Shown one piece after another: positions 27,362 through 40,329 of a DNA stretch of 64,000 nucleotides (positions are counted from its first letter, which is position 1; every line of letters begins with the position of its first letter). This DNA is from Raillietiella orientalis (Eukaryota): positions 496,001-560,000 of the forward strand of contig JAYWIR010000003.1 of NCBI GenBank assembly GCA_036172245.1. Direction: 5' to 3'. The translations under genes and the position numbers were made by a program. Below the pieces are notes generated by a model. The model did no database searches and was not told where the DNA came from. It worked only from the letters and a program-made list of their open reading frames with translations.

Positions 27362-30300
27362 GGCAACCGCTGGGAGGCGGCTGGGTGGGTGAGGGTGGAA
27401 GGGAAGGAGGGAGCACTCGCGCGGGAGCGGGGGAGGAGGGAAGGAAGCGGCGTCTGCGACACCGGGTTCTTCGTGTGTGACCTTTCCTCGGGACAGCAGG
27501 CGGCGGCGGCGGCGGACGCAAAGAGGCGCGCGGAGGGGGCGGAGCGATGCGGCGGCGGCTGCGCGCGCGCAGCGTGAGACCCCTCCGCGCAGAGACTGCT
27601 ATCGGGCAGGTACTTCTTGCGCCGTTTTAAAGCATCGCGGGTGTTCCTCGCTGCTCTCGCGCGCGCTCGAGGCGGCGGCCTTCGACACCGCGTGCGCTCT
27701 CGTCTGCGCGACGCCGGGGAGCCTTCCGGACCAGGGGGACAGGAGGCAGCCGGCGAGGTCGTCAGGTGGGGGAGAGAGGGTGGACGGACGCGGAAGTGGC
27801 GACGGCGGCGGCGGCGGCGGCGGACGGCTCACGCGCTCGCGGAGCGCGTCCTTCGCTCGGGGAAGGAGCCGCAGCGGAGCGCGCGAGCAGGGGGCTACTG
27901 ACTTTGTTTGCGGCAGGGAGGAGCCCGACAAGGGAAGCCCGGAAGGAGAGAAGGGAAGCCGCCGGCGGGATCTCGCGCCCCCGTCCTTGCCTTCCCCCTC
28001 CCTACGCCGAGGAGAGACGGAGAGCGTGGAGGGAGGGGGTGGTCGCACTGGCTGCTCCTCCGCGGACCGTGACCGCGCATTCGGTGTCCCGCCTCGGAAG
28101 GGGAGGCTCACAGCCGCCCCCCATGAGAGCCCTCTCCCCCCTTATGACAGAGGGGAGCTCCGCCGCTGGGGGGAACCCCTGCGGAAGCAGGGCAGTCCGC
28201 TCCCGGATCCCTCGAGGAAGGAGGGAGGGGGAGGGGGGAACAGCGCTGCTGGCGACGGGGACATCAAAGGCGTAGGGAGGGGATCTTCTTGCGCCTCTCC
28301 TCTTTTCCCTTGCGCGTCCCTTGCTGCCCTCCCCACGAGCAGGGAGGGACCCTCCCTGTGCTGGGGATGTCTTCTCTCCCGATCCTTCCCTTCTTCCGTC
28401 CCCGGGAAGCAGCCGCCGGAGGCCCGTTGCCCTCCCCGCACTCCGCCTCGTTCTTTCCTGCAAGGAGAGGGGAATGGGAGTAAATAGGAGTTCCTTCCCT
28501 GGGATTGCTCCTCGCTGGAGGTGAGGGGAAAGGAGCTCCTCCCGTTCTCTTCATCCTCCTGTCCCCGTCGCTCAGCGCGCCTCTGCCGCAGCTGCTCCTC
28601 CTCTTCCCTCTCCTTCATCGTATTTTCTCCCAAGTCTTTCAGAAGTGGCGAAGGAACAATGGAAGAGCTCATTTCCCGAGACACGGGCAAGGTGAGTCGG
28701 AGTGAGGTCAAGAAGGGGGGAGAGGCAGGCGGGTGGAATTCCGGGGGTCACAGGTCAGCTCCTCCGGCAAGGGACGAAAGAAGGAAGGAGCATCCGCTCC
28801 TTCCTTCTTCCCCCCCCCCCTCCTAGGCTCCCTTTCTGGAAAAGACCGAGAAGGAGGAGGGGAGATGGGAAATCTTGCCGTCTGTCTCCCTTCCCCTCTG
28901 GGGGCTTTTCAGGAGGCAGGGCCGGATCACTCTTTAAAGAGGGAGTCCTGATGACTGTTCCTGCCGGATGTCTGAGGCAAGGAGGGAGATCAGGGAGAGG
29001 GACTGCGGCCCTCGTGCCAGGTGACGTGCATTCCTGGCTCTCCGAAAGGGGGAGGGGGGGGGGAGCGTGACCTTCCGGCCCTTCCGGGACTTCCTGGGTC
29101 CATCTCTCTCTCTCTCTCTCTCTCCCCTTTACCCCATCCTCCCCCTAGCCCAGTTCCTCGCTTCCACCTCGCAGCGCGTCACTTGGGGTGGGGGTGCAGG
29201 CGGCGAAAGCGGACGCAACGTCGTCCGCGTGGCCCGGAAAGGGACGAGGCTTTGGGCGGAAGCGTTGGGCTGAGGGAGGGGGATCAACGCGGAAACAGAG
29301 GGAGCGAAAAACTACTCGGGGCGGGGGCGGAAGAGGAGGAGAAGCCGCATGCTGGGACCAATGATCCAGTGGCGTCCCCAGACAGGATTTGGGGAGGGGT
29401 GGAAAAGAACGGGATCCTTGCAGGAGGAGGAGGTGGAGGTGGAGGAAGTGGTCGCTCCTTGCATCCGGCGCGGAGGGGGGAGGAGGACAGTCCATCCTTG
29501 GCTCCCCTTCCTTCTCCTGGTCCATCGGACTTGCCCTCCTTTTTCATTCCCTTCCGAACTGGATTCGGTCTGGCCGCGAGATGACAGCCACATCTGTCGC
29601 TTCATGGGACCCCTCCCGGAAGGAAAAAATCTTCCCAGAGTCCCGACATGAATTTGAGGTGCGTCCGAGGCAACCGTGGGGGAATGAAAGAACTAAGGGA
29701 AAGACCGATGGTCAAGACCGGGAGGGCAGAGGGGAGGTGCGAGGGGGAGGAGAAGAGGGGAAGTAGGAGCAATCCTGCGAAAGCGGAGGGTCCACTGGGT
29801 CCTTGGCGGCGGTGGTCGGGAGCTTTGGAGGGACGCGATCTTGGCCAGCGCTTCTCAGGGGAAATGCTGTCTTCCCACGGAAGAGTCCCTCCCGACGACG
29901 ATGACGATGACGAGGGATTTCCGGGATGGAAAAGGTTGCGCAGGGAAGATCCCTTCCCTGGAAAATGGGGTTGGGACTTGTGTTAGGAGGTGATAGGATG
30001 TCCCGAAAAAGAGGGGGCAGGAAGGGGAAGGAGAATTATTAACATGACGAGGAAGGGAACGATTTCGCGGATCCGGTTTCCGGAAGATCAGGAGCTGCTG
30101 ATCCTCTTCTTGAGGCTGGAGAGTGGGCAGACAGGGGAAGCGGGCCTGTCTCGAGGGCTCTTTCGGCAACGCATGCGCAGCTTGCCGGCACTCCGCCCCC
30201 CTTCCCCAAACTGGAGAGAAATCCCCAGCTGCGCGAAGGTTCACTGAACGGTCGGAGGAAGGGGACGTGGAGGAGGGGGGGGGGGTATTTTGAGGCGGGG

Positions 30301-31479
30301 GAGCGGAAAAGGGACCTAAGTGAGATTTTGTGTGAGGCAATGCGCGCGCGCCAACTCCCACGCGCTAGGGAGGTGTCTCCTTCCCTCTCTAAAAAATGGC
30401 TCTTTCCTCCCCTCCTTCCCCCTTCCTCTCAACGCTTTTTTTTCCTTCCATCGCCCCTCCCCCTCCTCCTCCTTTTCTTCAGCCAGCTCTGCGTGAAATC
30501 CGCACCTACCGGTCGGTCGGTCGGGCGTCCACCCCGGAGGCGCTAAAGCCAAGCGCGGGTGCTTCACGCCGCCGCGCTCGCTCGCCGCGGATGGCGGCAG
30601 CTCGCGGGCTGCGGAAGACGGGAACAAGGGAACGAGGGAGAAGAGTGGGTTTCCGGAAGAGGAGCGTTGACGCTTTCCTGCTCTCACCCTTTCTCCATCG
30701 ACACCAAAACTCCTCCATCAGGAGAGAGGGTAACCCCAACAACCCCTCGGAGTCCCCATACCCTCCCCCCTTCATTCCTGCCACTCCCTCACTGGTCCCC
30801 GCCATCCACCTCTCCCTCTACCGCCGCCGCTCCACCGCGCCTCGCTCCAGCGTCCTCCTACCACTTCCTCCTTCACCACTCACCGAAACATCTGCAGCTT
30901 CTGGTACGGGTCCCTCTCCAATGCCGCGCACTCCTGCGGGTCGGGCGCACCACCCTCACTCGCCAGTCTCCTGGAGCTGCCGCCTTCTCCGGACGCCATC
31001 GCCCCCGCTCAACGGCCAACTGGTCGGCGGCTCGTCTAGGCGCGCAGCGGCTCGAGCGAATAGACCACCGCCACCGCCGCAGGACGCGCTGTGCCCACCG
31101 CCGCCTCCGCGCCACGCCCCGTGCATCCAAGCGGGAAGGCGCGACGGCGGCGGCTGTGTGCCCTCTCGGGAGCTCTCCTCCTCCTTCCTTTCCCTCTTCG
31201 GGAGGGTCGTCAGGAGGGTCATCGCTTTCCCCACCCATTTCCCCTTACCGGAGTGTGAGGGCCAGCGGTCACTGCAAAGGGAGGACGAGTCGCCCTCCCC
31301 AGGACGGGGAAGGGACCCGCCGCAACCTTCCGGGAGGATCAGGACTGAAGGAAACGGGTTATTTGCAGGGAGGACGAGCTCTTCGAGGAGCGCGAAAGGC
31401 GGGAAGGAGAGAGCAGGGAAAGAGCAGTGTTCTTGGAGGCGATACGGAGCGACGTCTCTCGCTGTTTCCGATGCAACCG

Positions 31480-32300
31480 TCTCGCGCCTGCCTGCCGTTT
31501 ACCCCTCCGTTTCAGAGGACGGAAGTTCCGCTTTAGGGCCTGTTGAGGGCTCGACCACGGGAGTCGCCGTCGAAGATGACGAAGGAGGAGACGGGACGAG
31601 AGAAGAGAAACAGATCCAGTCCCCCACATTCCTCCCGGAGACGTGCCTCTGTCCTATCGAGGTGAAGCGCGGCCGAAACCGGAAGGAGCCTTCGCACCAT
31701 CGCCGCCAAGTTCCGACGCTCCTCGCTTCTACTTGTAGATTCCCTGGCACTCCATTCCATTCCCATCTCTTGCCCGCGCGCTCCCCTGTTCCCCAGGCAT
31801 GCCTCCACGAGAGCGCTTTCGAGACAGGCATCAACATAGATTTCGGTCCACGAAACAGCCTCCTCGAATCCAGACTCCGAAGCAGCATGGATAGGGGGCA
31901 CCAGGGGAAAGGGGAAGTCGCGGACCGCCGAGAAACGGCGCCGCGACATTCCTTTCGCTCCTCCTCGACGAAGCAGAAGAACGAACGCCTGCATCTTAGT
32001 GCCGCGGGTGGCGTCACCAACTCCTGCCTGTTCCACGCAGGCCTACCTTTTCCCGGAGGATTCCTCCATCCTCCACTCTGTGTTCCTGTCCATTTCGTCT
32101 TCTTCCTCCTTTCGCCGCACAGGTCTGCTGGTCCCCCAGAAAAGCTCAAAAAACCAGGCGCTCCCGTGTCTCAGGGGGAAAAATGGACGCAGAAGCAAGC
32201 TTGGAGAGAGTCTCGAGCCATCTTTCCTGAGATCTAGTGGACCCCCATCCTCTACCAGAACCCCAACCTTGATCCCCGTTTCCTATTCCTTCTTCTTGGT
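31480..32300 (-). mobile_element. Possible decayed non-LTR 3' region, GC-shifted
   Basis: Minus-strand TSPFPWCPLSMLLRSLDSRRLFRGPK..SW resembles a degenerate CP.C....E...HLF..C...W motif. Weak. Confidence 0.25.
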
Positions 32301-35275
32301 CACAGCGCGCCTTCTCGAGACCATGGAGGGGTATATCCCCCTTCCTCTCCTTTCAATCATCTGCCTTCCAAGTAACGACAAGTACGTCCGGCTCCTTTCC
32401 GCTTCTCCCCAGTTTGCCACAGCGACAGTAACGCGGTGCAACCTTTGGACGGCGCATCGGCAGGTGGTCGAGGAAAGAGCATCCTCTCCTCTTCGTTCAC
32501 GATTCCCCGTCGTCGCGTACACAGAGGGAACCACACAAAGACGAGAGGCTTCGCGTGAGTTCCCACCAAACTGCCCGGTTCGGTTCACTCACCCAAGTGC
32601 ACAGATTGTCTGTACCTGCGTGCGTGATCCCAACATGTAAAAGATGCGTCGTTACGTGTAAGCGTTGCATTCGCAGCTGCCAAACGGGGACGCAGGATAC
32701 GTGCAAGTTGGTATAATTACGCTTGAAGTCAATTAATATCGCATCCAGATTTACTGCATGGATTTCCGTGTGGCGTCCCGAACGTGAGCAGCTGCGGGCA
32801 GCCGGAGCGCTTCCCCGTTTCCGTGCACTCGCTGCATTCTCTTTGGTGAACGCCAAGGAACCATTTTATCTGCGTCCCTGCACATAACTTGGTGCTCGAG
32901 GGAAGCCTCAAGGAATGAGGTTCGAGGGACCGACCAAGCCTCCTCCTTCTCCGTTCCCCCTTCCCCTCCGATGTGGAATTGGTAGACGACCCTTTCATGC
33001 CAATAAACCACTTCGTGCTTCTGTTAAAACGAAAGGAACGGAATGATCACTCATAACACTTTTCCTGGCTGAAGCCCGAAATGAAAACGAAGAAATGGAA
33101 AGAAAGGGAGCAAGTCCGAGCTCTCCCCCGGATGAGCCACAGAAAAAGCATCGCAGAAAAGTGACTCATCAATAAACTTGATTGCCTCGAAGACGCGGGA
33201 CAGTCTTAAATAGCACAAGGGACGTGTATGTTCCGTAACTCTTCGAAAACTTGAATGTGTTTGCGAAATACAGGATTGCCAATAAAGGATTTCGTCCTGA
33301 TACGCAGAGGGGAAAAAAAAGAAAAAATTCAAGTAGTTACCGCATTAAATTACCTATCACGGAAACCAGGGAATCGAATGCAAGCACACAGCAATTTTCA
33401 GCAAGAAACAACAATAAAGCTTTTTCTTTTTTGTCTGTCACGGCTGAGTCAAGGAACAATAAACTGTCATCTTTTGTTGTGGTCCATTTCTCTTTACTTG
33501 TCATTTTCATGCTTGAAAAGTAACAGAACCAGGACCTGTGAAGTCTCTCAGCCATGAAGACCGAAATACAATAAAGTTTACTGCCGATGAAGGGTAAAAA
33601 AAAAAAAAAAAAACTTTCCATTCCCAGTTCTATCATTGTTCGATTATCTGCTTGTAAAAGATGAAAATTTAGCAACGAATCGCAATCAAACATTAGGTAT
33701 GAGCATTTGAATGGATACAATAGTTGTTGTTTTAAAAAAAAAAAAAAAAAAAAAAAGGAAATGAAAATGAAAAGAAAAGGCAAGCTATCAAGAAAACATT
33801 CAAAGAAGAATTTGAATAATTGCTGCACACTTACAGCTGGCAGCCAAGTTCTGATTAAATCGTTTGAACTTTAAAAGAGCTAAGTAAAAGCATCTGAGAG
33901 GGGTACATTATAGGTATATGAAACGACTGTACAAACGCAAGGTACTGTCAACTGTTGAATGGAGCCACCACACCAACAAAAATAGACACCGGTTGCGCTA
34001 TCTATCTAATGCAGGCACTTTCTTATGTATTTTCTACCGTTTTTAGGTGAATTCATTGAGCGGGAAAACACGCACATGGAATATATGATTTCTGATTTTC
34101 CAAATAAGAAAACTGTCCTGTTTTGAAAGGCTCCCGAAGAGCAGAGAGCTCTAAATTTCTTCACAACCTTTATCAAAGTCGAAGTCATGGCATGTGCAGT
34201 TAAGGAATGTCCTTAAAATCACAAAATTTTGAAATTATTACACGGATTCTCAGACATTTCCATATCAAAATCTAAACTGAAATTAGGAATAAACTTTCGA
34301 TTTAACTTTTTCGTGCTAATATATGTGATACCTTTAAGAGCAGCCTTGCGGAAAGAGTCTCCTTTCAATTCTCCAAAATCAAGTTTTTTTTTTCTCTCCA
34401 TGTGAAAGATGCTATGCATTCGAAGAGTTGTAAAAGATCAATTCATTGCCGATGTATCTTGCTTATAGGGGTAAACACTTTGAACACAGAAAATTCTGAA
34501 AATCTGGGGACTAACCCTTCATGTCAACGTTGAGATTTTTTGTGCTTTCATAATTTTCTATGCTTCCTATACCGTGATCTGAGAGAAACACGAGGACTTG
34601 TACTGTGTGAATCTGCATCTACATCCACATATATCCATTCTACCTATCTACATACACATACCGAGGGAGTCCCGGACTGCAAATTGTTTCTTCCTTTCTT
34701 TTTGCTGATGAATTCCTCTTGCTCTGTTTCAGATTTGATGGCTATGCACACTTGTAATCCGGTTTTTCCTCGGTTTCCATTTTTTTTTTTTTTTTTTCTC
34801 TATGCCTGAAAATCCGTTCAATTTTTTTTTTGTTTTTTTGTCAAACCTAAAATGTTCAATGTTCTAACCGTGGACCTCTAATTTGACAAATTCCATTAGC
34901 ACATCGTAATTCGGTGACAAGCCACTTCACGAGAGGTGCACCATAGAAATCCGACCCGCGGTCCAACGTTTTCTTCGGGGGAAATTTTTTGTTTATTGGC
35001 CACTCGTATTCCAGTGACCTAAAAATGCAGCAAATGTAGCACGTTATTACTTTCGTCAGTGAGCCGAAACTTTCAATTGTGACATGGATCTTGTAAATGA
35101 TAGATGATTCTCGTGTTTCGATGTTTTAGTTGGAAGCTAATGTTAAATTATTAAAACATTATGTTTGCTGCGATAGTAATAGGCCTAAATCGCCTCTTCG
35201 ATATTAAAAATAAGTGAAAGGCACGGGTTTCACCAAAATGTTAAGTCAGGCTCTCACGGTATAACGAATTACAGT

Positions 35276-37762
35276 ATGGGTATATTAATGTCCAAATTGT
35301 ATTCCTGGTGGACTTTATTTGGAAAAGAAGGTAAGATCTAGAAAGCAGCAGCAGTTTTTTGTTTTGTGATTTGTCTGGAACCAAGCTTCATTGTATAAAA
35401 AAAAAAGCTGTAGTAAATGTCGTGCAATGTACTTTCATAATGTTTGTTTCATGTAGATTTTCCGATATAGCTTATTTACTGTTTTCCTGTTGTCACTTCA
35501 GAACACAAAGTTTTGATTGTGGGACTAGATAATGCCGGAAAAACTACCATTTTGTATCAGTTGCTTCTAAATGAGGCTGTATTCACATCACCAACTATTG
35601 GGTCCAATGTGGAAGAAATAGAATGGAAAAATTTTTATTTTATTATGTGGGATCTTGGTGGACAAGAATCATTACGAAAATCTTGGAATACGTATTATTC
35701 CAGCACAGAGGTCTGTTTTTTTTTTTTTTTTTATTCATCACCCAATTATAGGAAAAATCTAATCATAATTTTCTTTGGCATTCCATGTAGTGAATTTCAT
35801 AAATGAATTTTAAGTCAGTGCGTATATAAATTGTAACTTTTGATTACGTTTTCACCCCAGCAAACTCTAACCTCTCAGTTAGAAATGCATTTGTGGTTTT
35901 GCAAATGTGCTTATTAATGCTGTTGTAAATTTACCAGAGTTAATGCAAAACGGGAAATTACACGGTATTTTAATGAAGAAAAACAGTGGATACTGCAACT
36001 TAAATTTTCCTCTTTTATTTAGCTGTTTGCCCAGCTACTCAAGTAATTTTTTTTTTTTAAACCTGTCTGTAGTATTATTGTTGATTTTAAACGTTAATCT
36101 GTGAGGTGTGATGGCAGGTTGGCATTTCTTTTTGATTAAACATGAAAACTGGGGAAATATGGTCACTAACTTTTTCATAGACAGTAAACTAAGCAGTCAC
36201 TTAAAAAATCAGATGACAAATCTAGTAATATTTGGATATTAAAACTTGATGAGCAGTGCACAGCAAATGTTTTGTAGCGGTCCATACGCCTTTCACTACT
36301 AATTTGGGGCAGGAGGATTTTGATTCCTTCAGTTAGTGAAATGTAATTGATAATTTATTACAATTTCATTTTTGTTTGGTTTGCATATTTTTGTTTTTGT
36401 ATGTGATTCATGTCTGTGATTGCAAAGAGAGAACAGCTGTTTGACTGAGTGGCTTTGGAAAGATTTGTCGGAATTCTAAATCTTTACTCAACCGAAATAA
36501 ATATGAAGCAAAAATATCATTAGACGACATTGATGCATTTATGTATAACATTACAACTGAACATAACTTGCAGTACAAATAAGAACTTTCGGTATTGTGT
36601 CATATTATTCAACATTTAGTCAGAACTTGTAAAAATGCAGTGAGGTTTTAGTATCAGTTATTTCCACAGATACCATTTGAAAATCTCTTGTGCTCAGTTT
36701 TTTGTTTACTTTTCATGTGTATGTCTTTTGGGAGTTGATGTGTCTAGTTTTTTTTGCTGTCTGTGAAGAGACTGAGGAGAACATAGACTACATATAGATG
36801 TTCTCTTAGTTTGTCATGATGAATAAGACTAGAATTGAAATGTAACTGTAAAGTTGGAAACCACCAAATGTCTTATGCAATTTGAATGTCAAGTCCAAAG
36901 CATTTCATGAAAATAATGGCAGTCATATACATGTGCATGCATGTCAGTAAGCAAGGCACAGGATCCTGATTAAAGTTGTAATAAATTTTACATAATGTTT
37001 TGCATATGATTCAATGCAATGTTTGTGTTGCCATCAAAAAAGAAACAGAAAACATGAGTCTGAATATTGTTTCTCCAATAAGATAATCGGTTGAAAACAA
37101 TTCAAGTATTGTATTTAATGGATGCAGAACTTTGTGTTCACTGAAATTTGATTCTTTGCAAAATGTCATATATTCAGTAGAATGTGAAAAAGTATATTTT
37201 CACTTTGAAACACACTTGCAAAATATCATGACCTTATAACTTTTTTGCTATAGGGTCATAATATTTTGCAAGTGTGTTTCAAAGTGAAAATATACTTTTT
37301 AACCAATGTGGCGTAATCTTGTATTGATGTCTAATTGATTTATGAGTAGGCGCATATTGGTGATTTGTATGGGATCATGGGCTATCTAGAACAAAGTAAT
37401 CATTTCAGTCTCATTAATTCTTGATGTTACAATGTTTAGTTTATCATAATGGTAATTGATTCAATGGACAGACAGAAATTACCAGATGCCAAAGGTGAAC
37501 TTCATAAGCTATTGGCCCATGATGACTTAACTAAATCAGCCTTACTCATTTATGCAAACAAACAGGATTTAGATGGTGCTATGTCAGCTGCGGAAATTTC
37601 CAGAGAATTAAATCTAACTTCCATAAAGAATCACTTATGGAGAATACAAGGATGCTGTGGTTTATCTGGAGAAGGGTGAGAAAATGTCATTCATATTTTA
37701 GAAATCCTTGTAGATTGTATGAAGGCTTGGATTGGATTGCATCTCAACTCAAGAAATCTTGA
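35276..37762 (+). CDS. ARL5: ADP-ribosylation factor-like GTPase, ARL5 subfamily, 4 exons, 182 aa
   Basis: Exons 35276-35330, 35502-35710, 37440-37675, 37714-37762 (TGA), all GT-AG and in phase. N-terminal MG (myristoylation site), G1 [21 protein letters not shown]3 [18 protein letters not shown]4 ANKQD, C-terminal [19 protein letters not shown]. The [11 protein letters not shown] and GGQESLR.SWNTYY signatures are ARL5-like. Confidence 0.93.
37187..37300. repeat. 52-bp near-perfect inverted repeat with 10-nt spacer in ARL5 intron 2
   Basis: 37187-37238 is the reverse complement of 37249-37300 with two mismatches. Confidence 0.92.
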
Positions 37763-38249
37763 CAGCAACAGTGTGCATGTGACAAAGATGACTGTGGTGA
37801 AAATTCTACCTCTTCCACCATAAGATTTTCAAAATAATTTCAAATGGAGTTAAAACAGTTTTCCATGCTATAAATTCCAAATATTAGTTCCCTGTAACAA
37901 TCCAGCAGTCACCCACCAATCAAACCAACAAAGTTTGGTCATTGGTTGTTGCCCAATACACTGACATAAGTTGTTTTTGATAATGGGAATTTTTATATGA
38001 GCTTACTTTGTATTCCTGCTAAAAATAAAAGATTGAAATATTTTCCTTATATTTCAAGTTTTACTATTTGAATTTTGTGTTGTCTGACTTAATGTGTAAC
38101 CAGCAGTTGATGTGGTCCTGTTCTTTCTAAAACGTAAATAATGTTTCTTCCCTCATTACCTCAAATGAGATTCTCTTTCAGTTGTTTTCATGCTACAGTT
38201 TAAATAGCTAGGGTTTTTGGTTTTAGTCAGATGTTGGATAATATCGAAT

Positions 38250-39050
38250 GTCGGACCAATAATTGCGATTTGGGGAAAAGAAAATGCAAATTTAGCTTTC
38301 TGTTGGGTTTGTTTCCAGAAGGTAACTTATAAATGGTTGAAGTGGGATTTGCAGATTCTCAGTTTCTTCCTGACCTTGAGAAACCTTGAACTTGAATTTC
38401 TGACCTTGAAATGCGATAGATATTCGGTTTGGAAGGAAAGTGGCTGAACACGGGAGCAGCATTGTGGCTTTGGGAATAAAGAACAACAGCTTTGAATTGC
38501 GCGCAACATCGTGGGCTCATAGGAAATAAGTAAATTGACGCTGGCACGATGTAATTTCGAGAATAACTTGGCAATTACGGCAGGCGATTAAAACAAGTAA
38601 TAATAAAGACATTGCCGCGATCAAAGATGCCATATCTTTTGAATTCTGTGTTTGAGACCAGAAACCATGCAATACGTTTTCCATAAACAGATTGCACCAA
38701 GGATACGGAAGCAGACTACAGGATAAAGGAAACAAATATTCGTGAGATGCGTTGTGTGGTGAACTTCACCCTGTCTAAAAGCTGTGTCTGTTGCAGCTAT
38801 AAAGGTGTTCAGTTTTTTTTTTTCTTTTTCTTTTGAGGCGAGTACGAGAGCATCCATTACATGCATTCTACATCCATTGTGATTTTCAAAGTAGTTCTTT
38901 CGTAAATAAGTAGATTCTGTTTGGAATTCTTGGAAGCCTGGGGAGGTAAATTCCTGGATGCAAAACAAAAGCCCAAATGTTTGGATGTGTGATTCATGTC
39001 ACATATTAGGACGCAGGTGATGAAATGAGGATTCCGTCCATGCTCGCATC
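38250..39050 (-). mobile_element. Decayed non-LTR reverse transcriptase fragment
   Basis: Minus strand FTSPGFQEFQ..RKNYFEN..MDALVLASKEK..FIAATDTAFRQGEVHH resembles the Q.GF..GR.I.DN / LD.EKAFDRV.H blocks. Confidence 0.4.
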
Positions 39051-40036
39051 CCCAGAGTGAGATGATTCTTCAAGAATCTAGTTTTTTTATACGGTGCAAA
39101 GAAGCACGAAATCCCAGACCGTCGAATATTTTCTACCTGGACGGAAAATAAAGCTCAGATTGATGATGACAAGGAAGCTTTCTTCCTTGTCATCAAAGGG
39201 CCGTTGCAGCTTGTCGGGATGCCGTATCCACATTCAATTTGAGGGGAGAAAAGCATCTTACTCGCATCAAGCCTCGTATAGGGTTACCTATTTCTTCAGA
39301 AGATCAAATCGTTTCCCTATATTTGCATCGTCCATTCAAGAAAGTTACTTCAGATCGCGTGTTACGGTCTCACCGATCGACGGTCCACAGACGTTCCCTA
39401 CACATCGAGTGAAATTCGAATCCGTTTCTTCCCCACTATACGACGGATCGTAGAACTACAGCTGAAAGCAAATCCCAAAGTCCCAGCGACCTCCCCTAGC
39501 AGGAAGACGCGGGTCTCCTGGATCACAACCGTGCCGTAAATGGACGCAACTTGAAGAGACGGCGGCAAGCTGCAGACTCACCCATGTCTTCCGCAGCTTT
39601 CAGACGGAGGTACGGAGAAGAGTTCGGGACGTCAACGTGGCTGCTTCAAAAAATGAACGTCTCGGCAAAACAAGCGTTCCAACTCGCGGAGATGCCTCGG
39701 AAAAGGTGACCAAGCGTGTGCTGGGAGGAGTAGACAGTGTCATCTCTGGCGTAAATGCATCTGCAGTGAAATGCATGTTTCCAAGCACTCCCCAAAGCTT
39801 TCCTCCGCAGGAGCATTCGTCGAAAATTTCTGTGCGGGTTGCTTGCTAGCAAGGTGCATGAGTAAAAGATCTCTTGGACAACTGCTGTTTTAGCCCGTGT
39901 TGTGCAGGATGCCAACGGGGTCAAGCTAATCGAAGTCTTGGAGAGGTAGCCTGCGCAGTGTCACTCGGAGAATTCGTGCAAAAAAAAAAATTCGTCGGGG
40001 CAACTCGGATTATCCGTTAGCTCGTCTTGGTTCGTA

Positions 40037-40071
<35 letters not shown>

Positions 40072-40329
40072 GACTATTGCGGACCTGAGAAAACGCGAAT
40101 GGCGAATTTTGCTCGTTTGCAGCAGAGGTATGTATATCGAATGTGAGGCGGGGCGGAAATCAGTGAAGGGACTAAATTTCATAAGGAGTGGTTATCATTA
40201 GAACAGTTCGAGAAGAGCTGCAGGTAAGGAACGGAAAGAATGTGAAAAATAACGAAACACACACACGCACGCACACAAAAGACTGAATCTCCTTCGAAGT
40301 CAGTCACTACCCTATATTCGGGTATGGCT

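Noticed and set aside
25642..32237. Very long ORFs (612 aa at 25642-27480, 336 aa at 27477-28487, 613 aa at 30396-32237) and many overlapping ORFs
   Set aside because: Low-complexity R/G/P/S translations in several frames at once, expected from stop-codon scarcity in GC-rich DNA; no recognisable domain, and the first is antisense to NADK exons.
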